Virus record (IMG/VR): IMGVR_UViG_3300049846_001989
Span: 1 to 54,249 of that record
Reading direction: 5' to 3' (one strand)
DNA length: 54,249 bases
From: a virus
Lineage: Duplodnaviria; Caudoviricetes
The position numbers and the translations under genes are program-made. Under the pieces are notes generated by a model. It was not told where the DNA came from, searched no databases, and saw only the letters and a program-made list of their open reading frames with translations. This document shows, piece by piece, positions 27,878 to 38,038 of the stretch; position 1 is the first letter of the stretch, and every line of letters starts with the position of its first letter.

Positions 27878-29119
27878 TTATGTCGGCGTATACGATGGAA
27901 CTGAGTTGATTTCTTCGGAACATCTTACCTCATTTTGCCAGAAACCGGCAGGGGTCGGGTAGTTAGCACCGTGTAGCGGGGCCGGTAGCGTCGTGCTTCC
28001 AGCGACGAAGTCTGTGCCGCCAGTGCCGCCGTTTATAGCCGCCCAGTCCATATCGGCGACCGCCGCGAAGCAGGTGTTGGCGAAGTCTACTGTCGGCGTG
28101 TAGGTAGAAGTTGTGGTAGTGGTGTACGCGGCTAAATAGTTGGCCTCCTGCAGATAGGCCACCACTGAAACTTCATACCCGCCATTATAGTCGGTGGCGT
28201 TGGCGCCAGCGCTCGGTGTGTTCCCTGTCGCCGTCATGTGAAACTTGATGTTGCGTTTGTGGCCGTCTGTAGCCGCGAAAGTGCCAGTCTGGAGCACCTG
28301 TCCGTTGGCTATCAGCTTCCAAGTTTCACCCTGCATCAAAACGCCGAGCTTGACATCTGCGTTGGCCAGAGACCCTGCGGTCACAGCCATTCCGGTGCTC
28401 TGATCCAGAAAGCCTATAAACATGTTTCTGGACGCTGCCCAACCGGAATACGCGGTCGTCGCGCCGGGGTTGTAGCTGATAGATACGGCGTCTGATACGG
28501 CCGGGGTGTGCGTAACCCCGTTGTGTATGAAACGCGGGGCAAGGTTTTTGACAACTGTACGGTCCGGGCTATCGCCAGCAGTGTCGTTGTCCATAAAACC
28601 GATATACGACATGACCGGGCCGTCTAGCGACGTACCTGAAAATTGAACCAGGCTGGCTCTGGCGACGTGTGAAAACTTGAAATAGGTCAGGTCCGTGTTG
28701 TTAGCGGCTATGTCAGCGTAATAATCCGCCTGGGCTACCGTCGCGATCTGCAGTTTGCCGACCGTTCCTGATGCGTTCACTGTTACGTTAGCGAAATTCT
28801 TACTGGTATTCCCGGCGTAATACGCTTTCGCTACCGAGGGGTAGGCCACCGCGCTTTCTACTGCTGTAGCACCCGAAACCGAGGCTGGAGGGATAACAGA
28901 CACGTCGCTGGAGCTCGTGATTACCCCCGGAGTCCCGGTATATTGGGTCAAGTCCTGTTGGACAATAACGGTGTGTACGTTCGACGATGCCGCGAACGCC
29001 TTGCGGTTCGTGGCGACAAAAAACGCTGACCCGGCTGCGTCGTTGTCATTCGACCGCCAGCGGTAGTCCTTCACCAACAAATCGGGATGCCACGCTGGAA
29101 AAACCTCTGTCGTATACAT
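27878..29119 (-). CDS. Putative virion structural protein (beta-rich)
   Basis: Thr/Ser/Ala-rich, within the tail operon. Confidence 0.6.
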   Translation of the reverse strand: MYTTEVFPAWHPDLLVKDYRWRSNDNDAAGSAFFVATNRKAFAASSNVHTVIVQQDLTQYTGTPGVITSSSDVSVIPPASVSGATAVESAVAYPSVAKAYYAGNTSKNFANVTVNASGTVGKLQIATVAQADYYADIAANNTDLTYFKFSHVARASLVQFSGTSLDGPVMSYIGFMDNDTAGDSPDRTVVKNLAPRFIHNGVTHTPAVSDAVSISYNPGATTAYSGWAASRNMFIGFLDQSTGMAVTAGSLANADVKLGVLMQGETWKLIANGQVLQTGTFAATDGHKRNIKFHMTATGNTPSAGANATDYNGGYEVSVVAYLQEANYLAAYTTTTTSTYTPTVDFANTCFAAVADMDWAAINGGTGGTDFVAGSTTLPAPLHGANYPTPAGFWQNEVRCSEEINSVPSYTPT

Positions 29120-30081
29120 TACAGGCTCTCGATCTGGGCAACCAGGGTGCTGGCTGCGCTGGCTGCGCCGGAGGCCACGTCGCCGTAGGCGGCAGCTGCC
29201 TGACCCAGCGGGGCGATGTTCGACCGATTGTTGACCTCGGCAGCAGCAATGTCGTTACGTACGTTGGCGATGTCGACGTCTGCGTCCATACCGGCGGCTT
29301 TCAGGCGCATCTCCTCGAATGCCAGCTCGACTTTGTGGTAGTCAGAAATAGCGTTGTAGTAAGAAGCCATGGCCATGGCCCGGGCTTTCTCGCGCTCGAC
29401 CTGGTTGTTGGGGATGAGCACCCACGTCTTGTACATATCGGCCATAGCCTGCAGCAGGCCGATTTTGTATCGGATGGCCTGTTCTTCGGCGAACTTCAGC
29501 AACTCGTGCTTGATCTCCGCGTCCTTGATCATGGCGTCGCGGTTAGCGTCGGCCACCATGTCTGAGATCTTCTGCTCCATGGCCATAGTAAGGTCGACGA
29601 GAGCGCCGTTGGGTAAAGAAAACCCGCGAGCGGACATGTTGGCGATCAGGGAGCGAGCTTCACTGGTGGCCTGGGCGCGGGCACGGTCGCGTACGCGCTG
29701 CCACACCATGTCGAAGATTGTGCTGTCAATCCCGAACGGTTTGACCCCGCTGATCACATTGCACAGCCATTCTTCGGGGATCGTCTTCAAACAGGCGGTC
29801 AAGTGCGGGAAATACTTGGCGATGTACTCGTCCATATCGTCGTTGATACGACGAATCTCGGGGTCAGTGTTGTCGATCCCGGTGAACATGTCACTGAACT
29901 TCGGGGGTTCCCCCATGTTCGGCTGATTCACCGTGAACTGGAAATTTACGTCCTTTGCACGGGCGCTGCCCTGTGAAGACAGGTTGACGATGTTCCCACG
30001 TACGTTATCCAGCCCTACGATCGCCCGGTTGGCCAGCGTCTGCAGGTATGATGTGGTTGCACTGTAATCTGCGCTGGACAT
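29119..30081 (-). CDS. Putative virion protein (helical)
   Basis: SARGFSLPNGAL motif; coiled coil; GAGG RBS. Confidence 0.65.
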   Translation of the reverse strand: MSSADYSATTSYLQTLANRAIVGLDNVRGNIVNLSSQGSARAKDVNFQFTVNQPNMGEPPKFSDMFTGIDNTDPEIRRINDDMDEYIAKYFPHLTACLKTIPEEWLCNVISGVKPFGIDSTIFDMVWQRVRDRARAQATSEARSLIANMSARGFSLPNGALVDLTMAMEQKISDMVADANRDAMIKDAEIKHELLKFAEEQAIRYKIGLLQAMADMYKTWVLIPNNQVEREKARAMAMASYYNAISDYHKVELAFEEMRLKAAGMDADVDIANVRNDIAAAEVNNRSNIAPLGQAAAAYGDVASGAASAASTLVAQIESL

Positions 30082-30088
30082 GGCGGCC

Positions 30089-32398
30089 TCATAGAGAAAG
30101 TGTGCGTGGACGAAGCGCAGTGCCCAGGCAATACACCTCGGCGCCTACGTCCTCCATGACGCGGTCCCAGTTTCGACCTCCGTCACGGCTGATCATAACA
30201 TACCGGTGGAACTCGGGGTAGTCCGCACTTGAACAGTTGAAATCGTCGAATAGCTGGGCTTCAGAACGCGGGAAGTCGCCCCCCACCCCTCGGCCGTGCA
30301 GCCAGTCCTCGACCTTAGCCACGTTGTACGGGGGCACGTCGTTGATAGCCCCGGGGGAATTCACCGCTACGACCAGTACTGCCTCAGTCGTTACGTTGCC
30401 ATCCACGTCGGCGCGTTCCGGCTCGATCACGTTGACCGAGACCCAGTTGCTGGACTCCAGAGGGAGGTCGGCCACCACCTGACTGCGGATTTCGACTAGC
30501 GCGCCGGTGGACTCGGCCACGACGCCGAGTGACCACGACACTGTGGTCCCACTATTGATCAGCGCCCCATCTGTCAGCAGGCAGGCCACCCGGCCGTTCC
30601 CCATGTAGGCGGCAATGCGCTGCGCCCCGGTCTGGTACGCTGCCACTGTCCTGCGGTTCCACAAATCGGTGGTGCTGGGGAAGGGCTCGGAAGACGCCAG
30701 TTCTACCGTACGGCTCTCGGACCCTACGGTGTCTGGGTAATACTGGAACTGCGTGTACCGGCTGGGGTATGTGTTTATCCCGCGCATAACGGGAAACGGC
30801 GGCACCCAGCCGTCCAGCACATAGTCGATCTTCGTCCCACCGGGGTAGATCATGTGCAGGGTTACATCGGCGCTATCAATGTACCCGTTGAACTCTGTCG
30901 GCCAGCTCGGCATGGGGGTGGACATGTCAACAAACGGTTGGCGCACGACCGGTACACATCTTCCGGCGCTGGCGTACACACTGTAAAAATCGAAATCGTC
31001 GTAGCTAGTAATCGGGTCCGACACAGTAACAACTGTCTCTGTAGTGGCCCCGTCGGCCAGCTCTGTCGTCAAGGCCACCACCCCATAGCGCAGTTCGAAT
31101 GTGTCTGGGGTTGGCGACGTCTCTACCGTGCGCTGGCGTACGTTGCACGACAGGACTGTCAGTAGTTGTGCGGGGGCGTCGGTAACCGGGACCTCGGTAG
31201 CGGCCGGGACCTCATCCGTAACCGGCTCGCGCACGCTGCACGCGTAGCTCGTGATCTCTGACTCATCCCACTGCCATGCGAAGTGTGTACCGTCGAGGTT
31301 AAACTCGGACTCAGTGTCCCCGGTGTGCTCCTGTGGCACCAGGCCACCACTCGCGGAATCGGCCAGTGACCACGTCGTGGTCCACACGGTGGACAACACG
31401 TAGCTCGGTGTTATCTCGTATGGAGTGTGAAACCTGCCAATAGCCACGCCTGCTGGTGAGCCGTTCCAGCCGTCGCGGATATTTTCGCGGTCGCTCTGGG
31501 TCGGCGCGTCGTTATCTTCCCACAACTGGTGCAGTTCAGTGTATCTGGTGGGGGCTGCGCCGATACGCCCGGCGTACACCACAGCGAAATCCGCGTAACG
31601 TAGCGGCTGCTCCGCACCGTCGACAACCTCGGGCGTGGCTTCCTTGACGACGAACACGTTGGGTGTATTGGCGATGTTGTGCGCCCCGCCGCACAGGGTG
31701 TCCCAGTTGGATGTGAAGTCTGCGTCGAAATTCGCATCGTCCACCTGGATTACCATGGCGTTCGAACGCGATGCGCTGGGGCTGTCCACGTCCGCTGCCG
31801 GGTCCATGTCTGTCGTCGACGTGGCGCCCGCTGTCGCGTACGTAAGCACGGCGCCGGCCTGCCGCCATCCGTTGGCTGTCTCACCTTCGTCGTATGCGTT
31901 GGTAAAGAACGAGTTGCGGGTGATATACGGCCCAACCACGCCATTGGGGCCGTCGCTGCGCAGTTCGCCAGTCACTGTGTACCACGCCGGTGTCAAAGTG
32001 CCCGCGCCCGTCACTTGGTAGCGCTTCATCCGCGTAGTGTCCAGCGCTGCGGATTCTACAGACGGGCGGTCTGCCGTTGGGACGTCGGGCGAAACTGGTA
32101 TGCGCAGCCAGCCGGGTAGGCTGTATTCCCACCGGGGCAGTCGGTTTAACGGGGTATCTGTGTAGTTAAAGAAGTACCCACGATAGAAGCTGCTCGCCAC
32201 GAACCAGTTATCGGGCGGGGCGACTATGTAGACAACGACGAGTAATTTACTCACTACTGCTCGTAAAATGTAACCGTCGAAGAATGTGTTGTACACCCCG
32301 TCGTTCGAATCCAGCTTGCTGAACCCGAAGCGCTTGGCGCGGGCCCTTACAGTGCCGGGGATGCCCAGTGCAGCGTCGCGTACCGTTACGACTCTCAT
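30089..32398 (-). CDS. Putative tail / receptor-binding structural protein
   Basis: 769 aa; BNR-like SRDGGRNW near the C-terminus. Confidence 0.6.
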   Translation of the reverse strand: MRVVTVRDAALGIPGTVRARAKRFGFSKLDSNDGVYNTFFDGYILRAVVSKLLVVVYIVAPPDNWFVASSFYRGYFFNYTDTPLNRLPRWEYSLPGWLRIPVSPDVPTADRPSVESAALDTTRMKRYQVTGAGTLTPAWYTVTGELRSDGPNGVVGPYITRNSFFTNAYDEGETANGWRQAGAVLTYATAGATSTTDMDPAADVDSPSASRSNAMVIQVDDANFDADFTSNWDTLCGGAHNIANTPNVFVVKEATPEVVDGAEQPLRYADFAVVYAGRIGAAPTRYTELHQLWEDNDAPTQSDRENIRDGWNGSPAGVAIGRFHTPYEITPSYVLSTVWTTTWSLADSASGGLVPQEHTGDTESEFNLDGTHFAWQWDESEITSYACSVREPVTDEVPAATEVPVTDAPAQLLTVLSCNVRQRTVETSPTPDTFELRYGVVALTTELADGATTETVVTVSDPITSYDDFDFYSVYASAGRCVPVVRQPFVDMSTPMPSWPTEFNGYIDSADVTLHMIYPGGTKIDYVLDGWVPPFPVMRGINTYPSRYTQFQYYPDTVGSESRTVELASSEPFPSTTDLWNRRTVAAYQTGAQRIAAYMGNGRVACLLTDGALINSGTTVSWSLGVVAESTGALVEIRSQVVADLPLESSNWVSVNVIEPERADVDGNVTTEAVLVVAVNSPGAINDVPPYNVAKVEDWLHGRGVGGDFPRSEAQLFDDFNCSSADYPEFHRYVMISRDGGRNWDRVMEDVGAEVYCLGTALRPRTLSL

Positions 32399-34152
32399 GG
32401 CATCCGCCTGTTCGTGGCAACCCCTACAGAAAACTCCACGTTGTCAAGTTCGAACGCCCCGGCGTCGATAATGTCGAGGCGCAGCCCCCAGCGGCGGGCG
32501 GAGACACCGCGACCGGCGATCACGCGTGCGGTTGGCGTGGTCTGCGTAACTGTGTAGTAGTTGTCGTCGCCGGCGTCGGTAGTCAGACGCGCGAACACTT
32601 CGCCGCTGTTATTCATGCCGAGGTACAGCGAGTCGATGTTCTTGCGTGCTGCGGTGCCGAAATCGGAGTCGCCGAAGTCGATGTGTGCGCTGAACGGAAT
32701 GCCGTCGTCGTCAGCCCCGTATTCCAGTTTGTAGAGCCCGCCGGGTTTGATCGCGTATGTGTCTGCACCGACCCGGTAAAACGCTGTGAAGCCGAAATCG
32801 CGGTACGTGGACAATGCACCAGTGGCGGCGTTTACCGCGTACTGGATCAGATCCATCTCCTGTTCCGGCATGCGGTTGGAGATGGTGAACCCGTCCTGGA
32901 TCAGGGCGTATAGGATCTGCCCGATTTCCCACGACTCTGTTGCTGTCAACGTCTCATCAAACTGGGTGTCATCAGTGATGAGCGTCGCCGTGATTTCGAA
33001 CGTATTCGTCAGGGTAGCCGGGAGCGTGGCGTGCAGGATGTTGTCGCCAGAAAACGCGACGCGAACTCCAAGCACTTCAAAAATCTCGTACGAGAACCAG
33101 TCGCCGAAGCCGTCGTCGAAATACGCCCGCATGACGGGGGATTGGAAAAGCATCGGCGCGCCGATGCGGCCGAAGTTGGCGATTTTGAAATCCGCCGGGG
33201 AATCCAGATCGCCGCTAAACATGCAGTCGATTGCTGGCAACGTCGTGTCTATAGAAATCGGGTAAGATGCCCAGCCGTGTAGATACCCAATTACTGGCGG
33301 GAGCTGCGGCAAAAACCACGCGATATTGGCGTAGTTTGTGGTCGTTCCATTCATCAGCACTGTCGGCGCAGGCAATTCCCCGTCAAACCCGGCGTAAATC
33401 TTGTTACTCCATTTTACGTCCAGCGCGGGGGTCGTTGCGCTGATGTGGAGGTAGTTAGTCAGAGTAAGCGTGGATGTGAACGCGGGCAGAGGCATGTCGA
33501 CCGACATGATCCGGTCGTTCGCGCTGGCCAGCGTGATTGTGCCAACCGTAGCGGGGAACGCGCCTATACCGGTCGTCGAACCCCAGAAATGCGCATCAGC
33601 GGCGGGTGCACTGATCTCGAAAAAGCCTGAAGCGAACACCGGTGTTCCGGCCCCTATGAACGGGTTCTCGACGTAGTCGGACGCCCGATAGAGTGACGCA
33701 TCCATATAAACTTCTTCGGTAGACATGCGCGTCGATGTATATACCAACACGTCGTTTACGTAATACTTCACAACGCCTGACGTGCGCTGGATGCGGTACA
33801 GCTTACCAACCTCGGGAACAGAGAGCGCGCCAAAAGCGGACAGGCTCGAATACCCCATCACAGGTTCGTAAATGAAGATTTCAGTAGCTGTAATATAAAA
33901 CGCGTGCGTGCAGTCCCACGGCGACGTGCTCGTTCCATCTACGCTACTCGGCGTTATCCCACATATTACCCCAACAGGGGTTCCGGTCGTAAACTCAATC
34001 AAACCGTCGGTGTTTGCTGCAATCGTGTCGATGCTGCGGGCGGTAGAGTTCCACCCGAGTTGGAGATCGACTGTCACAACGGGGTCTGTAGCGGGGCGGG
34101 CCTCTACCGCGTCGTAGCATGTCTCGCCGGTGGAATAGACATAGGTTCCCAT
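32395..34152 (-). CDS. Tail structural protein with a SPRY/ConA-like N-terminal domain
   Basis: YRIQRTSGVVKYYVNDVLVYTS; C-terminal YAVN..TGALSTY and DFG tail-tube-like motifs. Confidence 0.65.
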   Translation of the reverse strand: MGTYVYSTGETCYDAVEARPATDPVVTVDLQLGWNSTARSIDTIAANTDGLIEFTTGTPVGVICGITPSSVDGTSTSPWDCTHAFYITATEIFIYEPVMGYSSLSAFGALSVPEVGKLYRIQRTSGVVKYYVNDVLVYTSTRMSTEEVYMDASLYRASDYVENPFIGAGTPVFASGFFEISAPAADAHFWGSTTGIGAFPATVGTITLASANDRIMSVDMPLPAFTSTLTLTNYLHISATTPALDVKWSNKIYAGFDGELPAPTVLMNGTTTNYANIAWFLPQLPPVIGYLHGWASYPISIDTTLPAIDCMFSGDLDSPADFKIANFGRIGAPMLFQSPVMRAYFDDGFGDWFSYEIFEVLGVRVAFSGDNILHATLPATLTNTFEITATLITDDTQFDETLTATESWEIGQILYALIQDGFTISNRMPEQEMDLIQYAVNAATGALSTYRDFGFTAFYRVGADTYAIKPGGLYKLEYGADDDGIPFSAHIDFGDSDFGTAARKNIDSLYLGMNNSGEVFARLTTDAGDDNYYTVTQTTPTARVIAGRGVSARRWGLRLDIIDAGAFELDNVEFSVGVATNRRMP

Positions 34153-34388
34153 TAGAACGCCGCCTGTACGCCGCCGATTTCAGGCGTTGGGTCCGTAAGG
34201 ACTAATGTGAAATATGTATCCCCCGCAGTTCGGGCGTAAGCGCCAAAACCGCTGCCGCTGCTAACCCGGTTAACACCCGCAGTGGGGACGCTCGCGTAAT
34301 TTGTTACGCAATACGCAGGCTGATACACAGTTGCGGGGGTGCCGGGGGTGTACGTGGTCAACGCCTCTTTAGAAAGACGGTTTGGCAT
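34152..34388 (-). CDS. Small virion protein (may be a split N-terminus of the next gene)
   Basis: GAGGGG RBS; TAATG overlap. Confidence 0.55.
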   Translation of the reverse strand: MPNRLSKEALTTYTPGTPATVYQPAYCVTNYASVPTAGVNRVSSGSGFGAYARTAGDTYFTLVLTDPTPEIGGVQAAF

Positions 34389-34412
34389 GACACACCCCTC
34401 ATTTCGGCGCTA

Positions 34413-34886
34413 TCAAGAAGTTGGAATACCGATGCTGAAATAGTCGATATACTGCGTACCGCCAGACGTCAGCGAAGTGCTGGACAGGTTGCCGTCCGCG
34501 CCTGCGGTGCCGATTGTGCCCTGGATACGAATTTTGGTAGCGTCAGCCGCTTTTCCGCCGTCAGTCTGGATGTTAGTAGCGTAGTCATCTTTGTCGATCA
34601 TGCGCCAGAATGTAGCCGTACCAGTAGCCAAAATCGTACCCGACCAGGTGTTGCCGCTCTTCTGCATCGCGCCGCTGGCTGCAGTGCCGAACGTCAACGT
34701 GGTCATCGAGCCGTATGAAGCGCTGGTTTCGCCTATGATGCACAGGATCGTCCCAGTTACGGCCGCGTCCGCGTCTGCAGGCACAGTGCCTGAATAGATG
34801 ATAATCCGCGAATCATTGAACGCGGTCTCCAGGTTTGCGGTGTCCAGCAGGGTGTTGCGGAGACCGGTGCTCAGTGAAATTGCCAT
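34413..34886 (-). CDS. Tail structural protein
   Basis: LSTGLRN...IYSGTVPADAD...GTATFWR pattern of phage tail proteins. Confidence 0.75.
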   Translation of the reverse strand: MAISLSTGLRNTLLDTANLETAFNDSRIIIYSGTVPADADAAVTGTILCIIGETSASYGSMTTLTFGTAASGAMQKSGNTWSGTILATGTATFWRMIDKDDYATNIQTDGGKAADATKIRIQGTIGTAGADGNLSSTSLTSGGTQYIDYFSIGIPTS

Positions 34887-34898
34887 GGAGTTATCCTC

Positions 34899-35396
34899 TT
34901 ACGCAGAAGCCAGGGTTAATGATGCAGTGATGCGCAGGATACCGTCGTCGGTGAGCGTGCGCGCGGTACTGAATTTTACGGCGGAGAGCAGGTAGCCGGT
35001 GTCTGAACCCTTCGCAGAGCTCGACGCCAGAAACGCTCCGTACACAGTGTCGCCAGTAGAGAACGTGAACTCTGCCTTGGCGGCGGAGTTGGTAATCAGG
35101 TACTCGTCGTCATACACCCACGTCCAGGCTTCGCGAGTCGCTTCATCATACCCGGTGATCTCCTGGGCCGCCATGTTCGTCATGGTGGAGGCTGCCACCG
35201 GGGTGTAATTCTCTAACAGGCCGATGTACCAACTGCCCGTCGGGGTAGTGCCGCCATCGTCCGTTATCGCGCCGACGATGTAGTTCATACCCACGATCGG
35301 GATGATGTTTTCTTCGACAGAGGCTTCGACCACGTTGCCGTTCTTGTCGAGCACCTCAACGAGGTATTTGAATCCTGGAATCAGGCCGTTCTTCAT
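34899..35396 (-). CDS. Tail structural protein
   Basis: ENII...G...WYIGL...ITNS...FTF...YGAFL pattern. Confidence 0.75.
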   Translation of the reverse strand: MKNGLIPGFKYLVEVLDKNGNVVEASVEENIIPIVGMNYIVGAITDDGGTTPTGSWYIGLLENYTPVAASTMTNMAAQEITGYDEATREAWTWVYDDEYLITNSAAKAEFTFSTGDTVYGAFLASSSAKGSDTGYLLSAVKFSTARTLTDDGILRITASLTLASA

Positions 35397-37063
35397 GGTG
35401 GCGCCCCTACAATCTCTGCAACAAATTCGAAATCAAGCGAAAGGGTTGGTTCGTCTTTCGCCACCTGGATCACATCTACGTCGTAATAATCCGTTGCGGC
35501 CAGAGAAGAGGTCTCGGGTGATCCGCGCAACGTCGTAACTATTGTTTCCAGACCATTGCCCCGTACTATACCAGCTGCGGCGGACGTAGCCAATAGGGGC
35601 GAGTATAATCCTCTGTTCGGCAGCTCGACCTGGCCACCCGGGGCTGCGATGGCCTGGCCCCACTCAGTCATCCACGCGGCGCGATTCCCGAAGGTCACGC
35701 CGGTGTTGGGGTAGCCGCCAAACTCGAAGATCTGCCGCTGCGACGGGGTCTGGGTCTCCACGTCGGTCAGGAAATATGTCCGGTCCGCTGTGACGTATAC
35801 GCCGTCGTCTACCGGCACTACGTTGGTGATGTCGGCCGGGTACTGGAAGAACCCCCGGATCATGTCGCAGGCGTGCGGCCGCATCGGCGTCGTCATCCAC
35901 AAAGTTGGACCGTCAGCGATTAGAATTATCCCGCCATAGTCGGCCAGTATCGAGCCGGCCGGCGGTTCGCGCAGAAACGGGTTGTCCAACGTCATACCCT
36001 CAGTTGTTACGCTGTAGAGTGTGGTCGACGCCCCGGTGCCCTCAGCCTGCAGGTATAGAGTGGAGCCGTTGGCGGTTGTCGCGTATAGCCTCCAGGTGTG
36101 GTCTGTCGGCGGGGTGGGGATGTTCTGTATTACCAGGGTACCCGTAGCGGTTAGTTCTGCTGACGGCAGGTCCCACGTACCGGACTCTTCGCCGTACGCG
36201 TTCACGAACGTAGTAGCGGTCTTGTAGACCCCGGGGGGACATGCGCCAACTGCACCGGCTGTGTACGGCACGACCCGTACGATGTCGTTGTTCGAAAAAC
36301 TGCCCGCATGCGACACGTACGTCAGCGGGATGTCGTCGTAAGTGCCGCTGTCCACGAAGCCGACATCCAGCTCATAGACGGCCATGACCGCCGGGTTGCT
36401 CACCTTGTAGACGGCAATCCTGGGGCGCGGGGTCTGGCCGGGGCTTGCGAAGGCGGCTACCAGCCAGGCCATATCGTTGCCGTTGCGGTCCAGCTCGCTG
36501 ATCAGCAGCTTGGTGGCAGTAGCGAAAGATGCGGCGTTTATCCCGATGCGGCCATCGCCCGGGGCGCCTGTGATAGATGTAGTCCACGCGTATTCGAGCT
36601 GGACAGCGAAATCTGTGTCCGGCGCAGACTGGGTGGTGGCCGTGACTGTCTGGCGGGTTACTGGTGCCTGCACACCCCAGCGGCGGAGTGTGGTGCCGTC
36701 GTACCGGTACTGCAGGCCTGCTACAGAGAAAAAAGCCTCCCCGTTGTGTTCACAACCTGCCAGTTCGCCGTAGCCGGGGATCGTAGCCAGCGTGGTCAGG
36801 ACGTTCTGGGTTACGTCGTACTGGTGCAGGCTTGTGCCGTCTGCTACCACCAGCTTGTCGCCACAACCCACCATACCTCGTGGGGCGGTCAGGCTTGCGA
36901 CGTTGGTGTACCCGATGCGGCCGCGGAATTCCCCGCCAGCCATGATGTCGACGTTGACTGCCTGACGGACGGACCGGACCCCCCGGTCAACCGGGAGCTG
37001 GGCGCGACCCGCCACGTTGTTGGAGCCGAGGCTCCAATTTTCCTGGCGGACGAGTTTTGACAC
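35393..37063 (-). CDS. Tail tube / nozzle-like protein
   Basis: GSNNV...RQAVNVDI..GG..RGRIGY N-terminus; beta-propeller-like C-terminus. Confidence 0.65.
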   Translation of the reverse strand: MSKLVRQENWSLGSNNVAGRAQLPVDRGVRSVRQAVNVDIMAGGEFRGRIGYTNVASLTAPRGMVGCGDKLVVADGTSLHQYDVTQNVLTTLATIPGYGELAGCEHNGEAFFSVAGLQYRYDGTTLRRWGVQAPVTRQTVTATTQSAPDTDFAVQLEYAWTTSITGAPGDGRIGINAASFATATKLLISELDRNGNDMAWLVAAFASPGQTPRPRIAVYKVSNPAVMAVYELDVGFVDSGTYDDIPLTYVSHAGSFSNNDIVRVVPYTAGAVGACPPGVYKTATTFVNAYGEESGTWDLPSAELTATGTLVIQNIPTPPTDHTWRLYATTANGSTLYLQAEGTGASTTLYSVTTEGMTLDNPFLREPPAGSILADYGGIILIADGPTLWMTTPMRPHACDMIRGFFQYPADITNVVPVDDGVYVTADRTYFLTDVETQTPSQRQIFEFGGYPNTGVTFGNRAAWMTEWGQAIAAPGGQVELPNRGLYSPLLATSAAAGIVRGNGLETIVTTLRGSPETSSLAATDYYDVDVIQVAKDEPTLSLDFEFVAEIVGAPP

Positions 37064-37066
37064 GAG

Positions 37067-37417
37067 TTACCTCGAAGCGTCTACGATCAGCGTGATGGTC
37101 AGGGGGCCGCCGGTTTCGGAGGCGTCAGATACAAAGCGAATGTGCTTCATCGAGTACAGCTGATATGGGCGGGTTTCGTGCCACAGCGCGGTGGCGCCAG
37201 TCCCGATCTCGAACGGCGTCGTACCGTAATCTGTGATCCCATACCAGGTGGACCCGTCCAGGGAAGCTTGGGCGGTTAGCTTGGTACCGACCGTCGCCGG
37301 AGTGATAACACCGACGATCGTCGGGCTTCTGCGGATGGCCGGGTCGGCGTTCTGAGAGAAATCGTATGAAGTGCTCTCCGTCCCGTTGTCTGCGATAGTC
37401 AGGTTGATGTGCTGCAT
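37067..37417 (-). CDS. Small beta-rich hypothetical (virion?) protein
   Basis: GAGG RBS; QASLDGSTWY motif. Confidence 0.65.
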   Translation of the reverse strand: MQHINLTIADNGTESTSYDFSQNADPAIRRSPTIVGVITPATVGTKLTAQASLDGSTWYGITDYGTTPFEIGTGATALWHETRPYQLYSMKHIRFVSDASETGGPLTITLIVDASR

Positions 37418-37426
37418 GGCCGTTCC

Positions 37427-38038
37427 TCAAATAGTTGCGGGGATCTTGTTCAAGGTCCCCATCCACCCGGCCAGTGTACATTTTCTGTCGAGCATTGGGA
37501 AGGCGCTGCAGTGTACTTTGATCGGGGCGCCGTCGGCGTCCCGCAGCGAAAACTCGGCTGTAAACTCCCGCTCCTGGCTTATGGCATCCAGCCAGTCGCT
37601 GTATACGCTGACGCGGTCTGCGGGCGACAGGGTGTTCACCCAACCATTGCCCGTCAACTCGCTCTGCGAGCGCCCAGTCCAGCGGGCGAAGGTGCGGTTT
37701 ACGTGGATAAACTCGCCTGCGGCGTCCGCCTCGAATACGGCCATCGGGCTGTCCATGCACAGCAGTTTTGCGCGCTGTTCGGTCAGGATCATGCGGGTTT
37801 CAATGCGGTCGACGGCGTCGCGCAGGCTGGATCCGCCGTTGGGTGTGAGCTGGTGCTTGATCTCCTCGATATTAGCGAGGACCGACGTCAGGTTGCGCAT
37901 GTATCGCGCTGTCGGGGACAGGACAGTTTTCCAGAGGGTGATCGCTGCGGTTACAGCCGCTGCGGCGGTTATTAACCCGGCAGCCCAGTGATTCAGGTCC
38001 AACGGGCTCATCTGTCCTACTCCCGAGTTAGTCGTCAT
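37427..38038 (-). CDS. Membrane-anchored PAS-domain protein in the lysis cassette
   Basis: One TM helix, coiled coil with PNGGSSLRDAVDRIE, then PAS: SPMAVFEADAAGEFIHVNRTFARWTGRSQSELTGNGWVNTLSPADR...W...EFSLRDADG...GWMGT. Confidence 0.85.
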   Translation of the reverse strand: MTTNSGVGQMSPLDLNHWAAGLITAAAAVTAAITLWKTVLSPTARYMRNLTSVLANIEEIKHQLTPNGGSSLRDAVDRIETRMILTEQRAKLLCMDSPMAVFEADAAGEFIHVNRTFARWTGRSQSELTGNGWVNTLSPADRVSVYSDWLDAISQEREFTAEFSLRDADGAPIKVHCSAFPMLDRKCTLAGWMGTLNKIPATI

